Shown piece by piece: positions 12,595-25,309 of a stretch of 64,000 bases of DNA (position 1 is its first letter; each line of letters begins with the position of its first letter). The notes beneath the pieces were generated by a model, which saw nothing but the letters and a program-made list of their open reading frames with translations, was not told where the DNA came from and ran no database searches. The stretch is from NCBI GenBank assembly GCA_028534125.1, contig CM052841.1, positions 55,552,001 to 55,616,000 on the forward strand, written 5' to 3'. The DNA is from Lama glama (lineage: Eukaryota). Both the position numbers and the translations under genes were made by a program.

Positions 12595-13009
12595 GTTTGC
12601 AGTCAGGCAGCACTGGACCTGACTCCCAGTTCTGCCATATGTAGATGAATGGACGGGGGAAGTTTCTGGTCCTTGCCTTCCACATCTCCAAGGTGGGGTT
12701 AATAACCATAAAGATGCCTAATTTGTAAAGTTTGGTTAAAATTCAGTGAGAGGATAAATATTTAAAAATCCAGTGCTTGGTATACAGGGGCAACCGCAGG
12801 ACACCCAACTGAACCTGGGGATTGTGGAGAAGGACTGGAAAACTCTGGACAAGAAGTGAAAAATTCACACAATTCTTACAACCACTGTATCTCATCTTTC
12901 TAATGTGACTCTGAGGTTCCTTAGCATATTACTTTGAGCTGAGTCCTCAAGAGGCTTTGGGAGCTTCTGCTCATTCTCCTAGAAGCATCTGATCACTCAT
13001 GAACAAGCT

Positions 13010-13249
13010 GACCTACTGGAGAATGGAGCACTGTGTGGGGCAAAGATGAGTTATCCCAGCAGAAGCCTTCTCCACCTGGCCAGCAGCAGACCACAGACAC
13101 ATGATTGATTCTAGCTGAGACCAGAAGAACCATCCAGCTAAGCCCACTCCAAACTGACAATTTCAGAATAATGACCAAAATAAACAGTCGTTGTTTTAAA
13201 CCACTAAATTTTGGGATAATTTGTTACACAGTGAAGGCTGACTGACACA
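13010..13249 (+). mobile_element. MaLR LTR 3' part, MLT1F/G/H-like
   Basis: 'ccagaagaaccatccagctaagccc...gttgttttaaaccactaaattttgggataatttgttacacag...ctgacaca'. Confidence 0.85.
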
Positions 13250-13508
13250 ATAAGCTAGAACTGAGTTCTTGAGGGTCAGCAGGAGTCAATGCAGAGAAGA
13301 GGACAAAATGTACAGAAAAATTTAAAGGGAAATGTGAGCACAGCATTCCTAATAGATTCTAAATGAAAGGGTAATTTCCTTTAAGACTTAAGGATTTTTT
13401 TTTCCTTGGAGGATGACTAACATCCTTAGTGTTTCCCAAACTTTATTTTTCTTTTCCTCCTGCTCATGCACTATATCATCAGTACTGCAAATCCATTTTG
13501 TTGCTCTT

Positions 13509-14197
13509 TGTAGTTTCTGGAGGAACTAGACCTTTGGGGTTCTGCACTCGATTCCAATGTGTGTGTCGGGTAGGAGATTTCCACAGCATCAAGAAATTCT
13601 CTGATCACAGCTAGGTGTCCTATAATTCAATTCAATTCAGACACTATTTACCTGGAGATAGCATCAGATTCCACACGTTAAGGGCTCATTCCTACAAGTC
13701 TGCCCCCAACCCCAGCCCACTTCAGACACCAGTCAAGGCCCAGGTTGTTATCTGTGCTTCTAGCCAACAACTACAAACTGGAGGTTCCAATGACCCGCCT
13801 CCAACTCAGGATGCCAACCCTAAGTCTGTGTTATCACTGTCTTCTGACCGACTGGCAACAGAGCAGAGGGTCCTGCAAACCCTCCTTGGGTTCAGTGAAT
13901 TTCATCGAGAGGCTCACAGAACTCATAAAACCCACTTACTGACTAGATCACCAGTTTATTATAAAAGGATATAACTAGATGGAAGAGATGGATAAGGAAA
14001 TACCTAGGGAAAGAACGCACGTGGAGCCTCCGTGTCCTCTCCAGGGCATCACCCTCCCAGCACCTCCACCAGCACCTCCACCTGCCCACCAACCCAGGAA
14101 CTCTCTGAACCCCATCTTTTTGGGTTGTTGTGGAGACTTCATTACAAAGGCACAACTGATTAAATCAGTAGCCGTTAGTGACTGAACTCAGTCTCCA
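13509..14197 (-). mobile_element. MER21-like ERVL LTR
   Basis: 'gtgtcctataattcaattcaattcagacactatttacctggagatagcatcagat', 'ggctcacagaactca', 'ccagtttattataaaaggatat'. Confidence 0.85.
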
Positions 14198-14619
14198 TTT
14201 GCAGATGAAAAAATCTGAAACTAAGAAGAGGTTAAGAGATCTGTTTGGAGTCCAGCTCCTTTTAAGTACAGAATCAGAATGTGAATTATGTTATGCAACT
14301 ACAAAACCTAAACTTTTTCCATCCAACTTTCTGTCAATAGCAAATCTCTTTAACTCATCAGAAGATGTGTTCTGAGCATGGAAGACTACAATTTCCTGAG
14401 CCCCTGCTCCATGTCAGGAAGCATGTCAGGGCCTTTGCATGTATTATCTGCACAACATTTATAATGATACGTGCTGTTTACTACACTCCTGCTCTGTTAT
14501 ATAAGTTATCTCTGTTTCTTAGAGCAATCTTACAAAGTAGGAAACATGACCTCCATTCCTAGGGCTGAAGAAACCAAGATTGTGGAACATTAAATAAATT
14601 ACATGAAGCCAGTTTGTTA

Positions 14620-15520
14620 TCTATTCATATAATAACTTTTAAGCTTCCACTCTATGTCAAGCACTGTTCCAGGGGCTGAGAATATGACAGGGTAGCGTTC
14701 TTTCATTTTCATAGAAGAAAATCATAGTCACATCAGTAAGTAAAGGAATTGATAATGTGCAAGGTAATGAGTGTTGTGAAAAAATATATAAAAGACTTTA
14801 AAGACAGAGTGTGAGGAGATTGTGTATAGAATGTACTCTTTTTATAGGATGGCTATCACAGACCTCTCTGAAAGTCGTCATTGAGCAGAAGCATCGAGAA
14901 AATGAGAGACCAATATATGAACCATCTGGGATGAGAGCATTCTAGGTGGAGGGAAGGTCACAAGCAAAAGTCCTAAGGAGAGAATGGGTTGATGGGGTTA
15001 AAGAATAACAGAAAGACAAACCTGGCTGGAGCAGATGAGAGAAGGGGAGGATATCTTACCCTGTCAGGTCCAGAGAGGTCCAGACTGACAGGGCAGTATA
15101 GGTCATTGTAAGGACTTGGTACTCTGAATAAGATGGGAAGCCATTAATCAGAGGAAGGTTCTGAGCAGAGAAAAGACAAATATAGTTCATATTCTAAGAC
15201 GATTACTTGGGTACTGGGAGGAGAACAGACTGAGGGGGCAAGGGTGGCCAACAGGGAGCCAATGAGAGACTGTTGCTGGAGAGATGTTGGGGTTAGCGGC
15301 ACAAGATGTTTCCTGGAGAAATGCTGGTTAGCAGCTCAAGCTGTGAAAAGCGTTTCCGTGTTGGACATATTCCGAAGGAGAGTCAGCAGGATTTGCTGAT
15401 GCACTGAGTGAGTGTAGGGTGTGAGAAAGAAGAGTCAAGGATGAGCGCCGAGTTCAGGCCTGAAGAAGCAGAAGAACAAAGCTGACCTGTACTATAAATG
15501 GGGTCATCTAGGTGGGTGTG
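14620..15520 (-). mobile_element. L2 LINE 3' region
   Basis: 'ctatgtcaagcactgttccaggggctgag...aggtcattgtaaggactt...agatgggaagccatt...gagaaagaagagtcaaggatga'. Confidence 0.85.
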
Positions 15521-16113
15521 GGGTCTAGGGACCGTTTTTTTTAACCATGGGAGACACTGCTTTATGTTTTCATGTTAATTAGTCAGATTACCCAAAGAGG
15601 AAGAAAAAACATTCGATTCCGAGAAGCTAGGATGATTTCTAGACTGTTAGAGCAGGGACCTTGAGCAGAGGCTGGACTGGGAGGTGGGGGACATAGGGGT
15701 GGCATCTAGGGGCAGAAGTGGACAGGTTGACCTTACATAGAAATATGAACAACTAATCTTTGGTAACAAGAGGGAGGGCAGATTGTGTGGGCACAGATCC
15801 CAGTAGACTGCTCATGGCAGTGGGGTACGTGAACCTTCTTTTTGATCTTCTTGAGAAATAGGTAGCAAGTCTAAGTAAAGAGTGAGAATGGGGGAGAGGT
15901 GTGGGAGATGTGAGGAAAACACAGAAGAAATGAAATAATCATGATGAATGGATCAGGGAAACGTGACGGAATTGAAATCCATGCCCACTACCTTCCAACG
16001 GCAGCAACCTTCTCGCATCCCATATGGTTTCATAATTAGCCTGCAAGGTAAGTATATTTTATTCCAATGTGAATAACGAACAGTCTGGACATTTCAAGAG
16101 TTTATGTATCCCA

Positions 16114-16237
16114 GGGGGGAGGGTATAGCTCACGGAGACAAAGGGCATGTTAGCATGCATGAAGTCCTGGGTTCAATCCCCACTACCTCCTCTAAGAATA
16201 AATAAATAAACCTAATTACCCCTCCCCCCCCCAAAGA
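16114..16237 (+). mobile_element. Camelid tRNA-derived SINE (vic-1 type) with 18-bp TSD
   Basis: A box 'gggtatagctca', B box 'gggttcaatccc', tail 'aataaataaataaacctaattacccctcccc'. TSD AAGAGTTTATGTA(T/G)CCCA at 16096-16113 and 16238-16255. Confidence 0.9.
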
Positions 16238-16505
16238 AAGAGTTTATGTAGCCCAAAGCCACTCCATTTGTGATGCTGTAAAAGCAGATTTCAAACTCTT
16301 CCTTCAGATAACTAATTCACAGCCCCTTGGACTTATTCACAATTCCTCCTAGAGGGAAGGGAAGCACCCAGAAGACTCTGTGAAGGAAGTAAGTACTGGG
16401 TCCTCACCTCGAGACCCCCTAGAATGGTGGCAAGTGTAAAAATTATCTGCAAGCTTCCTCAGCTTCATTTTGTCCTAATATCATGCTCTGATGCAACGTA
16501 CTCAC

Positions 16506-16648
16506 GCCTTTTGCCTTCGGCGTTCGGTATTTCTCGGGTCAAGCTGAAGGAACAGCTGTTAAGACTAGCTTTGATCTGTCCCTGTGAGTCAGTGACACCT
16601 GGCAGGATATCTCTGTGCAGAGAGCTTTTGAAAAAGGGCTGAACTTTC
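16506..16648 (-). ncRNA. Putative 143-nt internal exon of a minus-strand transcript
   Basis: Acceptor 'ttctattctgatctcatcttttccag|G' and donor 'GGC|GTGAGT'. Non-repetitive, with several CpGs retained. Confidence 0.35.
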
Positions 16649-17479
16649 CTGGAAAAGATGAGATCAGAATAGAACATCTGCTTTTACTTTTTTTTTTTTT
16701 CCTTGCTCAGGGTTCTATCCTTTCATTTTCTCTCACTTCTCCATCTTGTGAAATATGATTCATTGCTAAATGTGCCACTTAATGGAAATTCTGGGTACCA
16801 AGTAATTTTTGTGATTTCAAGTCTTAGGCTCTTTCTCTGGGTTGAACGAGACCTTGGAGACAGCCACGCCCAGTCTCACTTCACTCAAATAAGGATACCA
16901 GGACCCAGAGGAAGGCACTGAAAGCAGATGCAGGATCGGAAGTCATGGCTCTTTCAGTCGCATCAAGGGCTGAAGGAAGGTTCCAGAAGTCTGCATGTTC
17001 TTCCTCACACTTTAGAGTGAGCCACAGAAAATGAAACAGGATTCACAGTTTTCTAACCAGATTCCTCCGCCCTAAAATGACATTTGCAAATAGCATTAGG
17101 GAAAGCATTTTTTTCCCCTTTGTTTCTGATGTCTAATGTTTAAACTTTCTTTAAAGGTTGTATTCTAAAAAGGTTGAGTTCCCCATGAGTCAGACACTGA
17201 GACAGACTGCAGGGCCATTTAAAACCAGCCCTGCGACTTCTGGCTGCCATGAAGGGAACGTGGCAGAAAAGAAGGAAAGAAATAGCCTCCAGCCATTCAG
17301 GCAGAATGAAGATCAGCTATAGCCCCTCAGTTCACAGCCCCCCTGTCCTTCCTTCAAACTGAGCTGCGTTTCTGCTGCTCCCTTCCCTCTGTCCTGCTTC
17401 AAGATCTTTTATTGCCTTCTGTTGCATGTCTTTGAACTTATGTCTTTACATCCCTGCTAAGACTTCGTTCCATCATGGC

Positions 17480-18110
17480 CAGAATGGACATGTCTTCCTT
17501 TCAGCGATCCTCTCCCTCCCACAGCAGCTCCACCTGCCTGCCACGTTCTCCTCTTCCACCCACCTTCCTTCAGTCCTTCCAAGATGCCTCCTGTGAAGAC
17601 GTTCTCTATCTTGACTCTTCCTACCTACTTGTTTTCCATGAATTCCCCAGCCCAATGAAAATATGGCCTTCTTTCCTAAGAGTTCACTCACAGTCCTCCT
17701 GCCAAGGGCACCAACCAACCCCAAGGGACATTTTCAGCTTCTTTTCTTATTGAGTGTCTGTGCCAACTGGTACTGATCACTTCCTCCTTAAAGCAGTTTC
17801 TTCCTGTGATACTACAATTTCTTCCCCAGGATCCTCTTGGACCCTCTCTCTTTTCCTTCCATTTATTTTTCTTTTCCCTCAATCCCCTCCTCCTTCCTCC
17901 TCTTTTCTTTTTCTTTTCTATTTCCCCCCTCCCTCTTCTCTTTCTAATGATATCATTCAAACTCAAGGCTTAAACCACCACTCGCAAGTTTAACAGTGCT
18001 TAGCTTGCCACCTTCTTAGCCTCCTGTGCAATGAGATTTTTTTTTTATCAACACAAACCTGCTCTCCTAGGCGCTCAATGCCACTGCCACCCCCAGCCCC
18101 AGCACACGTA
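17480..18110 (+). mobile_element. L2 LINE internal fragment
   Basis: Pyrimidine-rich L2 ORF2-region motifs: 'tgatcacttcctccttaaagc', 'atcattcaaactcaaggcttaaaccacca'. Confidence 0.55.
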
Positions 18111-18299
18111 ACTGCTTACCAAGTTCAGCTTTTGCTGCACCCTAACTGTAGCACAGCCTGGTGGAGCTACTCAGGATCTACCCAGTGGACAGCTGCTAGG
18201 GCAGCTGGAATTGCAAGGGAGTGATCAGAGCTGGGGATACAGGTTGGGAACAATCCAAAAGAGAGGAGAGCTAGATATTACCTAGGAAATCGCTCAGAA

Positions 18300-18458
18300 C
18301 AGGAGTTCAAAACCTGGGAATCCATATCGAGTCCCAAAGTCCCAAAATTACATCCAGATTGACATGTTGGGCTTAGATGTACATTTTAAAAGATGATTCA
18401 TCTCTTTCATCAAAGTCTCAGAAAGATTTAAGGGCCATGGAATTCTAAAGAACCCCTA
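18300..18458. mobile_element. hAT-Charlie MITE (Charlie4z-like)
   Basis: Termini 'caggagttcaaaacctggg' ... 'aagaaccccta', with internal 'ctttcatcaaagtctca'. Confidence 0.5.
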
Positions 18459-20299
18459 GTTTAGGGCAAACAGAATTTCAAAAAATTATTACAAAAAATG
18501 TAAGGAAGAAATGACTAGAATAATAAGAAGCAGATTTAGGAACTAGACTTGGCTTCATCACTAACAGACTGTGTGGCGTCAGGAATGATTACCTGACCCT
18601 CCAGGCCCGTATGAATCCTTCCCACATCGCCCTGAACTCTCTGTGTGGCACACTGTGCGTTTGAGATGACGCCTTGCCTTGCTGATCTAACGTCTGTCTT
18701 CCCCACCTGATGGGAAGCTCCAACAGGGTAAAGTCCACGTTGCTCCCTGTACAACGTGTACGGTGAAACCGTGTGCCTAGTAAGGACTGTTCTCTGATTT
18801 CCCTCAGGTCCTCAGGTCTCTTTTCTGGGCTTCCATGTTTCCACCCATCATGTTAGGGGTTCATTTTTCACCATTCAGCTTTTCAGGCGCCAACACTCAC
18901 CACCATTGTTGTATCTCCAGACCCTAACTGAGCCTGAGTGCTGGTTTTTCCAGTGAAGCAGAGCGGACAAGCAAAGAGGGGTGTAATTATAATACACTGT
19001 GATGTGTGCTACAGTAATGAGATTATTCGGTGCTAAGGGGCAGAAGGCTGGCCACCTCTGGGAATTCAGGCATAAACCCTCTTGAGGTAAGTTCTTGGCC
19101 AAGGTCACATTTGGCTCCTCAGAGCAGAATGGACATGGCCCCCTCCAGGTAACGCTGGGTACTAATCACACCGGCCACATGCAGGCAAGGCCATATTACT
19201 CCTTCCTAATCATTTCAGATATCTTTTTTTTCCCCCTTCTCAATTTCAACTCAGGACTCAACTTATAAAAAATAAATTACCTGCCACCGTAGTGTGTAAT
19301 TTTCAAAACTACCTGTTCACCACAGCAAAGCAATAATGCCTGGCTCTCAAAGGAAACATCATTCTCTTCCTCCCCTTCCTTCCAACCTCATTGTGGACGT
19401 GGCCACATCAAGTCCGGGAAGGAACAGATGCACCAGAATTCAGCCCACTTCGCAGCTTCGCCTCTTGCTCTGCGCCGCTCCCGTCTGAGTGTCTTTCTTT
19501 ACAATGTTCCTTTGTTTTTTCCCTCATGGTTTCTTAGCTTTTCTTGCTTGGAATGAGACACTCTCACTTTTCTTATTCTTTTTTTAAATTAAAAAAAGGT
19601 CTTGAAATTACTTGTATTTTCAGCTTACACCACATCTAAAGGAATAACTTCTCTATTTTTCTATGTCTATTCCTTTTTTATAGCTATACCCATAGGAATG
19701 GGGCATAGTTATAAAAAATCTGAGGATCTGAAATTTTAAAATACCCGGTCTTTGAAACCCAATTTTGTACCCCGGGCAATCCACTGACCTGCCTGAGCCT
19801 TAGTTATCTCATCTGTTAAGTGGGGACAGTAATACCCTATTATACCATTTTTGTTGGTGAGACTTAGATCACAAATCATGCGGCTGAATGTTTTATAAAT
19901 TCTGAAATGCTCTATGTGAGTATATGATCCATGTAATTTCTTTCCAAATCCATGCTGTGTCTCAGTCCTCCACTTTGGTGGGCAACTGCTTTCCTTTATC
20001 CATTCCCCTTCCAATTTGAATCAACCCTCTCAAAATCCATCTCTCCATGCTAGTGAAAATCTGCTTTCTAAAAATTAATCACATCAGTTATTCAAAGAAG
20101 CAATGAACGTAGCTGTCAGTTCTTCATTCAACAAATATTTACGGCCCTTCACTTTTCACAATGCTGTTTCAACACCCTCTGTAACACTCAACACCCTCTG
20201 TAGCACCTGCTGGCTGTGATGGTTACCCTGTGTGTGACTGATCAAGGCTGGTGAAACTATAAGATGGCCAATTGCTTAAGCAGGAAGCTTTAATTTTTA

Positions 20300-20970
20300 G
20301 GAAGTCACTCTTGATGTTGAGTTAATTGGCGTCTTCCTGCAATTTCCATCGATTGTACTACTCTAACATTCAGTGTCTTCCCGCACAAGTGTTCAGATGT
20401 TTGCAGACAGATACCAAACTACTTCTCCCCAGATTTCCCTTCTCTAGGCTAAAAAACTAAAGTTTATCCAACTATTCTGTGTATCTGATTTTCCCTTCCT
20501 CTACTTCTTTTAGCCACACTCTGGTTTGTCATCATGGAGCCTACACTGAGATTGAACTCAACACGGCAGACATGGTTGGACCAAGATTAAATAGAGGAGA
20601 GTTAACACTTTCCTTCACTGAGCATGAAACTACTCTTAGTTCAGTCTGCAACAGCATTAGAATTTACTCTTCAATCAAAGCTCATTGTGGACTTGTGCCA
20701 CACTGAAACTGAAATAGAATCTCCAACTTTTTAACCTATCTTTCTTCTAAACCATATCTTCAGCCTATCTTTATAGAGCTGGGGTTTCGAATTCAAGTGA
20801 ACACTTGCTATTAGTCTATATTCAATTTTTTTGTTTGTTTTTAAGTTGACCCAGTGTTCTCACTTGCCAAGAAACTGTGGAATCCTGATTTTGATTCAGC
20901 GTACTGGCTAGTCCTCCAAACTTCATGCCGTGGAAAATTTTAATCAATAAATCTTTCATGTTCTTCCATT
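20300..20970 (-). mobile_element. L3/CR1 LINE fragment
   Basis: 'cttctctaggctaaa', 'gaatcctgattttg', 'cctccaaacttcatgccgtggaaaattttaatca' resemble the reverse CR1 RT region. Confidence 0.7.
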
Positions 20971-23900
20971 GTTAGTTAATACGTTGCAAACTGAGATTAA
21001 GAATGAAGTCTATGTGTGACATAATTATAATCTGAGTAATTTTTATTCCCTTTTTAACCTTAAAGGTTAAAAAAGGGAATTTTTTTAATTTTTTAAAAAA
21101 GCACTGTAGGGTATAAAGATAAGGCAGTGTAAAACATATAGCAATACCACATCTAGCAGGTAATAGGGGCTCCATGCTTAACTATCCCTTGCTGGGTTAA
21201 ACAAAACCAAATCTGATTTTGAAAAAAAAATTAAAGAAACTGCACAGGGGGAAAAAGAGGGTCCTCCACACCAAGGCTGATGAGAGGAAACACAAAGCTG
21301 TAAAGATACATTAAAAGCTGGGAAGTGTAGCAGTATTCAAAATGAGACTAGCCATCCAAAAATGAGAAGGTACCTAAAGCACTTTGCCTGAAGTAGCTCC
21401 ACGCGGGCAGTTTCTGAGGATGCTCTGATGAGCATGAGGGAGTCACAAACAAAAATAAAGCATCACCTCAACACCCATACACAGTAGTATTAGTTAACTC
21501 CCATCAAACACCCACTGTGGGCCAGGCATCACACTCAGTCTCAGGAAGTCTCCCAACAACCCATCGACGTTGATTCTGTGAGCGCGCCCACATCTAGCGC
21601 AGAAGAGTGGGCCTTCTGTAAGCCACGTGAATTGTTGTAGGTCACATACACAGTCCAAAGCAGACACAGGACTTGAACTTTGTTATATCACTGCTACCAG
21701 TGTACATATACTCTTAGCATTTTGAAACACTAGTTATAGTTAACCCATAGTTAAATCCAAGAAGAAAGTATTGTCAGATCAAGACCCAAAGTATAATTCT
21801 TTAAAGACCAATAAAGGAACCATCTGGGAGCTGGGCCGAGAGTCCTCAGATTCTCCTCCAAAGCACCTGGTCTGGGTATTTTATATTTTTGATGTTTCCA
21901 GTTCCCTTAATCTTGTTTGTTCTGTCATAACTGCTCATTCTGATGTTATTTTTACCTGTAGTCTGCACACTTACTAATACTTAGGTTGGAAAATTAAGTT
22001 GACAACATCAAGTTCCTGGCCTTGGATCACCCTCCAGCTCCACGTCCATCACTACTCATGGTCAGCTTCGGTGATCCACTCATGACCTCCCGTCTCACTG
22101 CCTCACCTGAGCCAGCACCCCCTTCCTCGGCTCTCCCACTTCAGTATTCAGGCCAGGGCCTGACGTCTGTGTTCCAGAAAGGAGACGGGGACTAGGAGAG
22201 AGATTGCCGAGACGAGACAAGCCATGGGCTGGCTGGAGGTGGGAGAGCAAACCCTGAACAGATGAGGACCAGAACAGTCAACTCCCTGACACTAACCTCA
22301 GCGCCTTGCTGAGGGGAAGGTGTAGGTTTCCAGAAGGATGTTCCCAAAAGCCCCAGATACTCCATTTCTTCATCAAGAATTTATGGAGGGCCTACCATGT
22401 GTCTGACACTCGGCTAGTCACCAGGGGTAAGGCCATGTGTCAGACCAACCAGGAGTTTACCAACTACTGCGGCACAAACGATACAGTGGAAGTCCAGGCA
22501 CCAAATCGTAGCACTGACTTTGCTAATAGCTCACCTTGGTGAGATATCTCACCTCCCTGTGACTCAGTTTCCTCCCCTGCAAAATGTTCAGGTGAGGAGA
22601 CGCTGGGTGATTCAGAGGCTAATTTCCCTTTCAGGCATGAGGACTTGGGAGTCTGTTCCCCTGGAACATTCACCCTCCCACCTCCCTTGTCGGTGGCGTG
22701 TCTCAGGTTTGCCGTTTGGGGGAGGGGACAGGACTTCTCCGTTTTCATAATAGAGTTATGTACTCCCTTCTGCAGGTCTGTCATCCTCCAGCCTTTATCC
22801 CATCAGTCCTGTCTCTGGTGAGCCCTTATCCCAAGATGTTTGTCTATTAAATTAAGAGTTTTGCAGAAGGGGAGCGCCATTTAAAGGCTGTAAATCACCT
22901 GGCAGTCTCTTAGCTGCTCTCTGCTATGAGCCCCACTGCATCTCTGTGCACTCAGCCCACCGCCGCCTCCCCTCGGGCCCTGGCTCTCAGAGGCAGACAG
23001 CTCTGGAGTGGGGAACCCGCACAGACCTGCCTGCTTCCAAGCCCGCTCCGGTCTCTGGGGCCACCCTGATCTGGGGGTGAGGGGGTGGGGAATTTACCTG
23101 AGTCCTTAATTAACCCTCAGGAGCCCCCGAGGGAACGCAGCTCCCTTCCTGGCTCTTCCTTCACCTATGCCTTGGGATGTTCGTTGCACCCAAGCCCTTG
23201 CTTGACGCCTTAGCTTTGATAACAGTGTCTGATTATAAGCAGGTCTCTGACTTGAGATTCTAACCAGTAAAGCAGGAAAATAACACACACCTGGACTCTT
23301 CTTCATTATGAGCAGGGGCCTGCACGTATCCTCCACCACATGTATTTTCACCATTTACCTATGAGTTGAATGAGATTGTACTGCTAAATTATAGATAAAG
23401 AGACTGAGGCCAAATCAGATCACATAACTCTCCCAAGGTTCATAACCTTCTAGTGATGGAGCCAGAGTTCTGGTGTTTGGAAGCATCTGAAAAGCCGGTG
23501 ATACACATGCATGCAGTTACAGGTAGTTTTTGAGTGGCTACCACGTGTCATACAGCAGACCATGCTAGGACTAGACTAGTAACCAAAACACCCTCCTAGA
23601 GCACAGGGTCGCCCCCCCGTGGTGGTGTTCCATTCCCTCCAGGACATCAAGGGCATCAGTGAAAGCTCCTTCTCCCTCGCTCTTGACTTGGGGATGGCAG
23701 TTCTATTCCTGGACCTTTGTTCTGGGACTAGGGTGCTACCACCTTCCAGCTCTTGCCCTGTCCATCTCTCAGGCCCTCGGGGAACTGCCACGGACTGCCC
23801 CCAGCCATGGACCCAGGGAGCCCTTGGAAAGGCTTGCTGCACAGGCCTGACGCTGACTGTCTCACTGGGGGCTCCGCTGCCCAGCGGTCTCTCCTGCTGC

Positions 23901-24569
23901 TCTGGACTGTCTTCTACTGCACTCCCTCTCCGGTGCTTCCTCATTCCTGAGCGGGGAGGTCTCCATGTTGTCCCAACCTCTGCCTGCATGTCCCAGCCTG
24001 CTGCATTTCACCTTCCCATCCCCACCCGCCTCAAGATTTATCAGACTTCAAAACAGCCACACGTGATGGTGGAACACAGGGACCAAACAGAGAGGTGTGT
24101 TCTCTGTTTACTTGTCTCATTCTTCAAGGACCCACTGACCTCAGGCTGCTCCCGGAGACCCGCGTCCCTGCATTTGACCTAGGATGGGCTTCCTCTAAAT
24201 GTTCCATGGCTCCCGGTGGCTCCCTGCTCCCACCATGGTCGTCTCCAGCTTCCTGAGAATCTATCGCAGATAAAAATGATGTGAAGGACTCATCGACGCC
24301 AAGTAGAGTGGGAACCACATAGGAGGCTTGATCCAATTAATACCCATCTTCTCTTCTAGCCCTTTGAGCTTCTGCATCAGATGTGGACACAACAGTCTTC
24401 CAAAGACACTTGACCAGCTTTCATAACTGCATAAACTCAAACACCTGGAACAGACATTCGTATGTACGCGTACGTGTGATGTGTGTCTGTGTGCCCAGTC
24501 ACTGCGCTTCTCTGGTAGAACCCTAACCCATATAAAGGGCATCTATCTTTTAAAAAATTAGAAAAATCT

Positions 24570-24970
24570 CAGAGACATAGAAGAGTAACCATTTATTTAG
24601 CTTGCGGATCTGCCCATCATCAGAGGGGGTTCTTCTTCATGGAGCACGTCTGTTGGTCACCAGGGGCGGCTTTGTCCCACTAAAGTTTGTTCTGGAACCC
24701 AGTGTGAAGGGGCAGTAGCTGCCTGGGGGAGGAGGCTCTACTCTTGGAGATGGCAGGCGCTCAAGGAGGGGCGATCCCCACTACACAAGCGCACTTCAAA
24801 CCCTGGACTGTATCATGTCTACTAACATTCCACGAGCCAGAGCAAACCTCATGGCCAAGCTCCAAGCTCGAGAGGCAAGAAGGTTACTGGCCTTTAGTGG
24901 GAGGAACTGCAAGAACACATGGGAAAGGGCGCAGACAGAGTGAAGAACTGAAGCCACACTTAAAACACAG
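24570..24970 (-). mobile_element. MaLR LTR, MLT1H-K-like
   Basis: 'tactaacattccacgagccagagcaaacctcatggccaagc...ctttagtgggaggaactgcaag'. Confidence 0.75.
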
Positions 24971-25309
24971 TGGTTCAGAAAGTGTCTAGAAACTCGTTTC
25001 TTAAAAGCTATGCAGTGATGCACTATGGCTATGAATAAACAGAGATCTCTCTTTTAGGTCTGACTCCGCTACCAAGCAGCTCCGGGTTGTTGGGAAAGGC
25101 AGTTAATGTGGCTTTGTCTGGAGAATGGGGGTAATACTGCTTAGCTCTGAAGTAAGATCAGCTGAATTAGACCTTTTAATGACTCCATGATTTAGAGAGA
25201 AACCAGGGAATCTGGAGTCATCAAATCTTGAAAATAAAGACAGATTTGTCTTCTCTCTTTTATTTAGACATTTAACAATTCCTTCACTCTAAAATACGTT
25301 TGAGAGTCG

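Noticed and set aside
16114-16190. tRNA-like sequence
   Set aside because: It is the head of a SINE with a tail and TSD, and the D-arm region is degraded; not a tRNA gene.
23576-24182. Overlapping 137-187 aa ORFs on both strands
   Set aside because: Locally GC-rich sequence with few stops; no homology or exon structure recognised.
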